From: Hyphomicrobiaceae bacterium
GTDB lineage: Bacteria > Pseudomonadota > Alphaproteobacteria > Rhizobiales > Hyphomicrobiaceae
DNA: 64,000 nt
NCBI GenBank assembly: GCA_040080145.1
Contig: JBEBJA010000069.1
Location: forward strand, 1,620-65,619
Reading direction: 5' to 3'
Below are positions 63,572-64,000 of this stretch, piece by piece (within the stretch, counting starts at the first letter, position 1; every line of letters starts with the position of its first letter). Position numbers and translations under genes: made by a program. The notes beneath the pieces are model-generated. The model searched no databases. It worked only from the letters and a program-made list of their open reading frames with translations, and was not told the DNA's origin.

Positions 63572-64000
63572 TTAATGTGCTCATCATCGGGTTCCGAGCG
63601 ACCCCCTCCCTTTGTCATCCTCGGGCTTGCCTGCCCTGGAGCTCGACCCGTGGGTCCCAAGGACCAATCCCTCCGCGAAGTCGATCACAACATAAGCCTC
63701 TACAACTCACATCACCCACAAACCCATCCACAATAAAACGAGGGGAGGAGCAGCGCGGCAAGCGCGCGGGTAGTCCCGCAGTTGGTTAGAGAGCACCTAC
63801 GGCGCCGCTCCGAGTGTCAGAGTTGTTTTGCTAGCTCAAGGCTAGCGTGGGTCCGCTAGTTCCACGGGGCGTCTGGCGGAAATGCTCAGTCGGACTGCGT
63901 TGCCCGCTTCGCTCAACTCAAACATCCGTCTCCACTTACCAAGAACGCCTCCGGAAAGCGCCCCTCACGAAACGGACCAGCGCAAATTACCGGACGCACG

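Noticed and set aside
63786-63830. tRNA-like D-loop string CAGTTGGTTAGAGAGCAC.
   Set aside because: No acceptor stem, anticodon arm or GTTC-type T-loop can be drawn around it.

Overview
This is a visibly GC-rich proteobacterial chromosomal window, and it reads as core metabolism rather than an obvious mobile island. No transposase, integrase, CRISPR array, rRNA or complete tRNA was recognised. Four blocks make up most of it.

(1) 2.6-14.4 kb: cbbR lies divergent from an 11-gene Calvin-cycle operon, cbbF-cbbP-cbbT-pgk-cbbA-cbbL-cbbS-cbbX-rpe-cbbZ-cbbY. The RuBisCO is red-type form I and comes with the CbbX activase.

(2) 20.5-33.3 kb, minus strand: a complete oxidative-type dsrABEFHCMKLJOPN cluster. 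It is followed by a DUF4202 gene and an HCF101-like DUF59-Mrp-DUF971 Fe-S carrier.

(3) 33.6-39.1 kb, divergent from dsrA: a tightly packed eight-gene operon that is the best candidate for an undescribed system. It encodes a TauD/TfdA-like dioxygenase, two coupled small ORFs, siroheme synthase CysG, a DsrC paralog lacking both catalytic cysteines, two tandem paralogous 4-Cys mini-proteins, and an HTH-[2Fe-2S]-FNR-like fusion with degenerate flavin and NAD(P) motifs.

(4) Further sulfur-trafficking genes: a split YeeE pair, a full-length YeeE with TusA and a two-Cys ArsR (SqrR/BigR-like) regulator, a DsrE-like protein, DUF302, and two DUF2147 paralogs.

The right third holds housekeeping and salvage genes:
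- an EF-G paralog, a desaturase, a UbiH-type monooxygenase and a LuxR-type response regulator
- mtnA with a class II aldolase (DHAP-shunt-like pair)
- glmU-glmS and two SPOR proteins
- a form IV RuBisCO-like protein translationally coupled to a cupin (MTA-isoprenoid-shunt-like pair)
- nspC and carboxynorspermidine synthase, separated by a TetR gene

Non-coding signals worth a second look:
- a tRNA-Pro 3'-half remnant with an AT-rich left flank at the window start
- two unrelated 21-bp tandem repeat arrays, one at the dsrH/dsrC junction and one upstream of the EF-G paralog
- an AT-rich GAATATTC-type palindromic motif recurring in at least five promoter regions (cbb, fadL-like, DUF2147, dsr, yeeE)
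- twin related long hairpins upstream of glmU
- a GGGGAGGG-TTAGGGTGGGGG repeat family

All functional calls rest on my reading of the translated ORFs and remembered family signatures. No database search was run.
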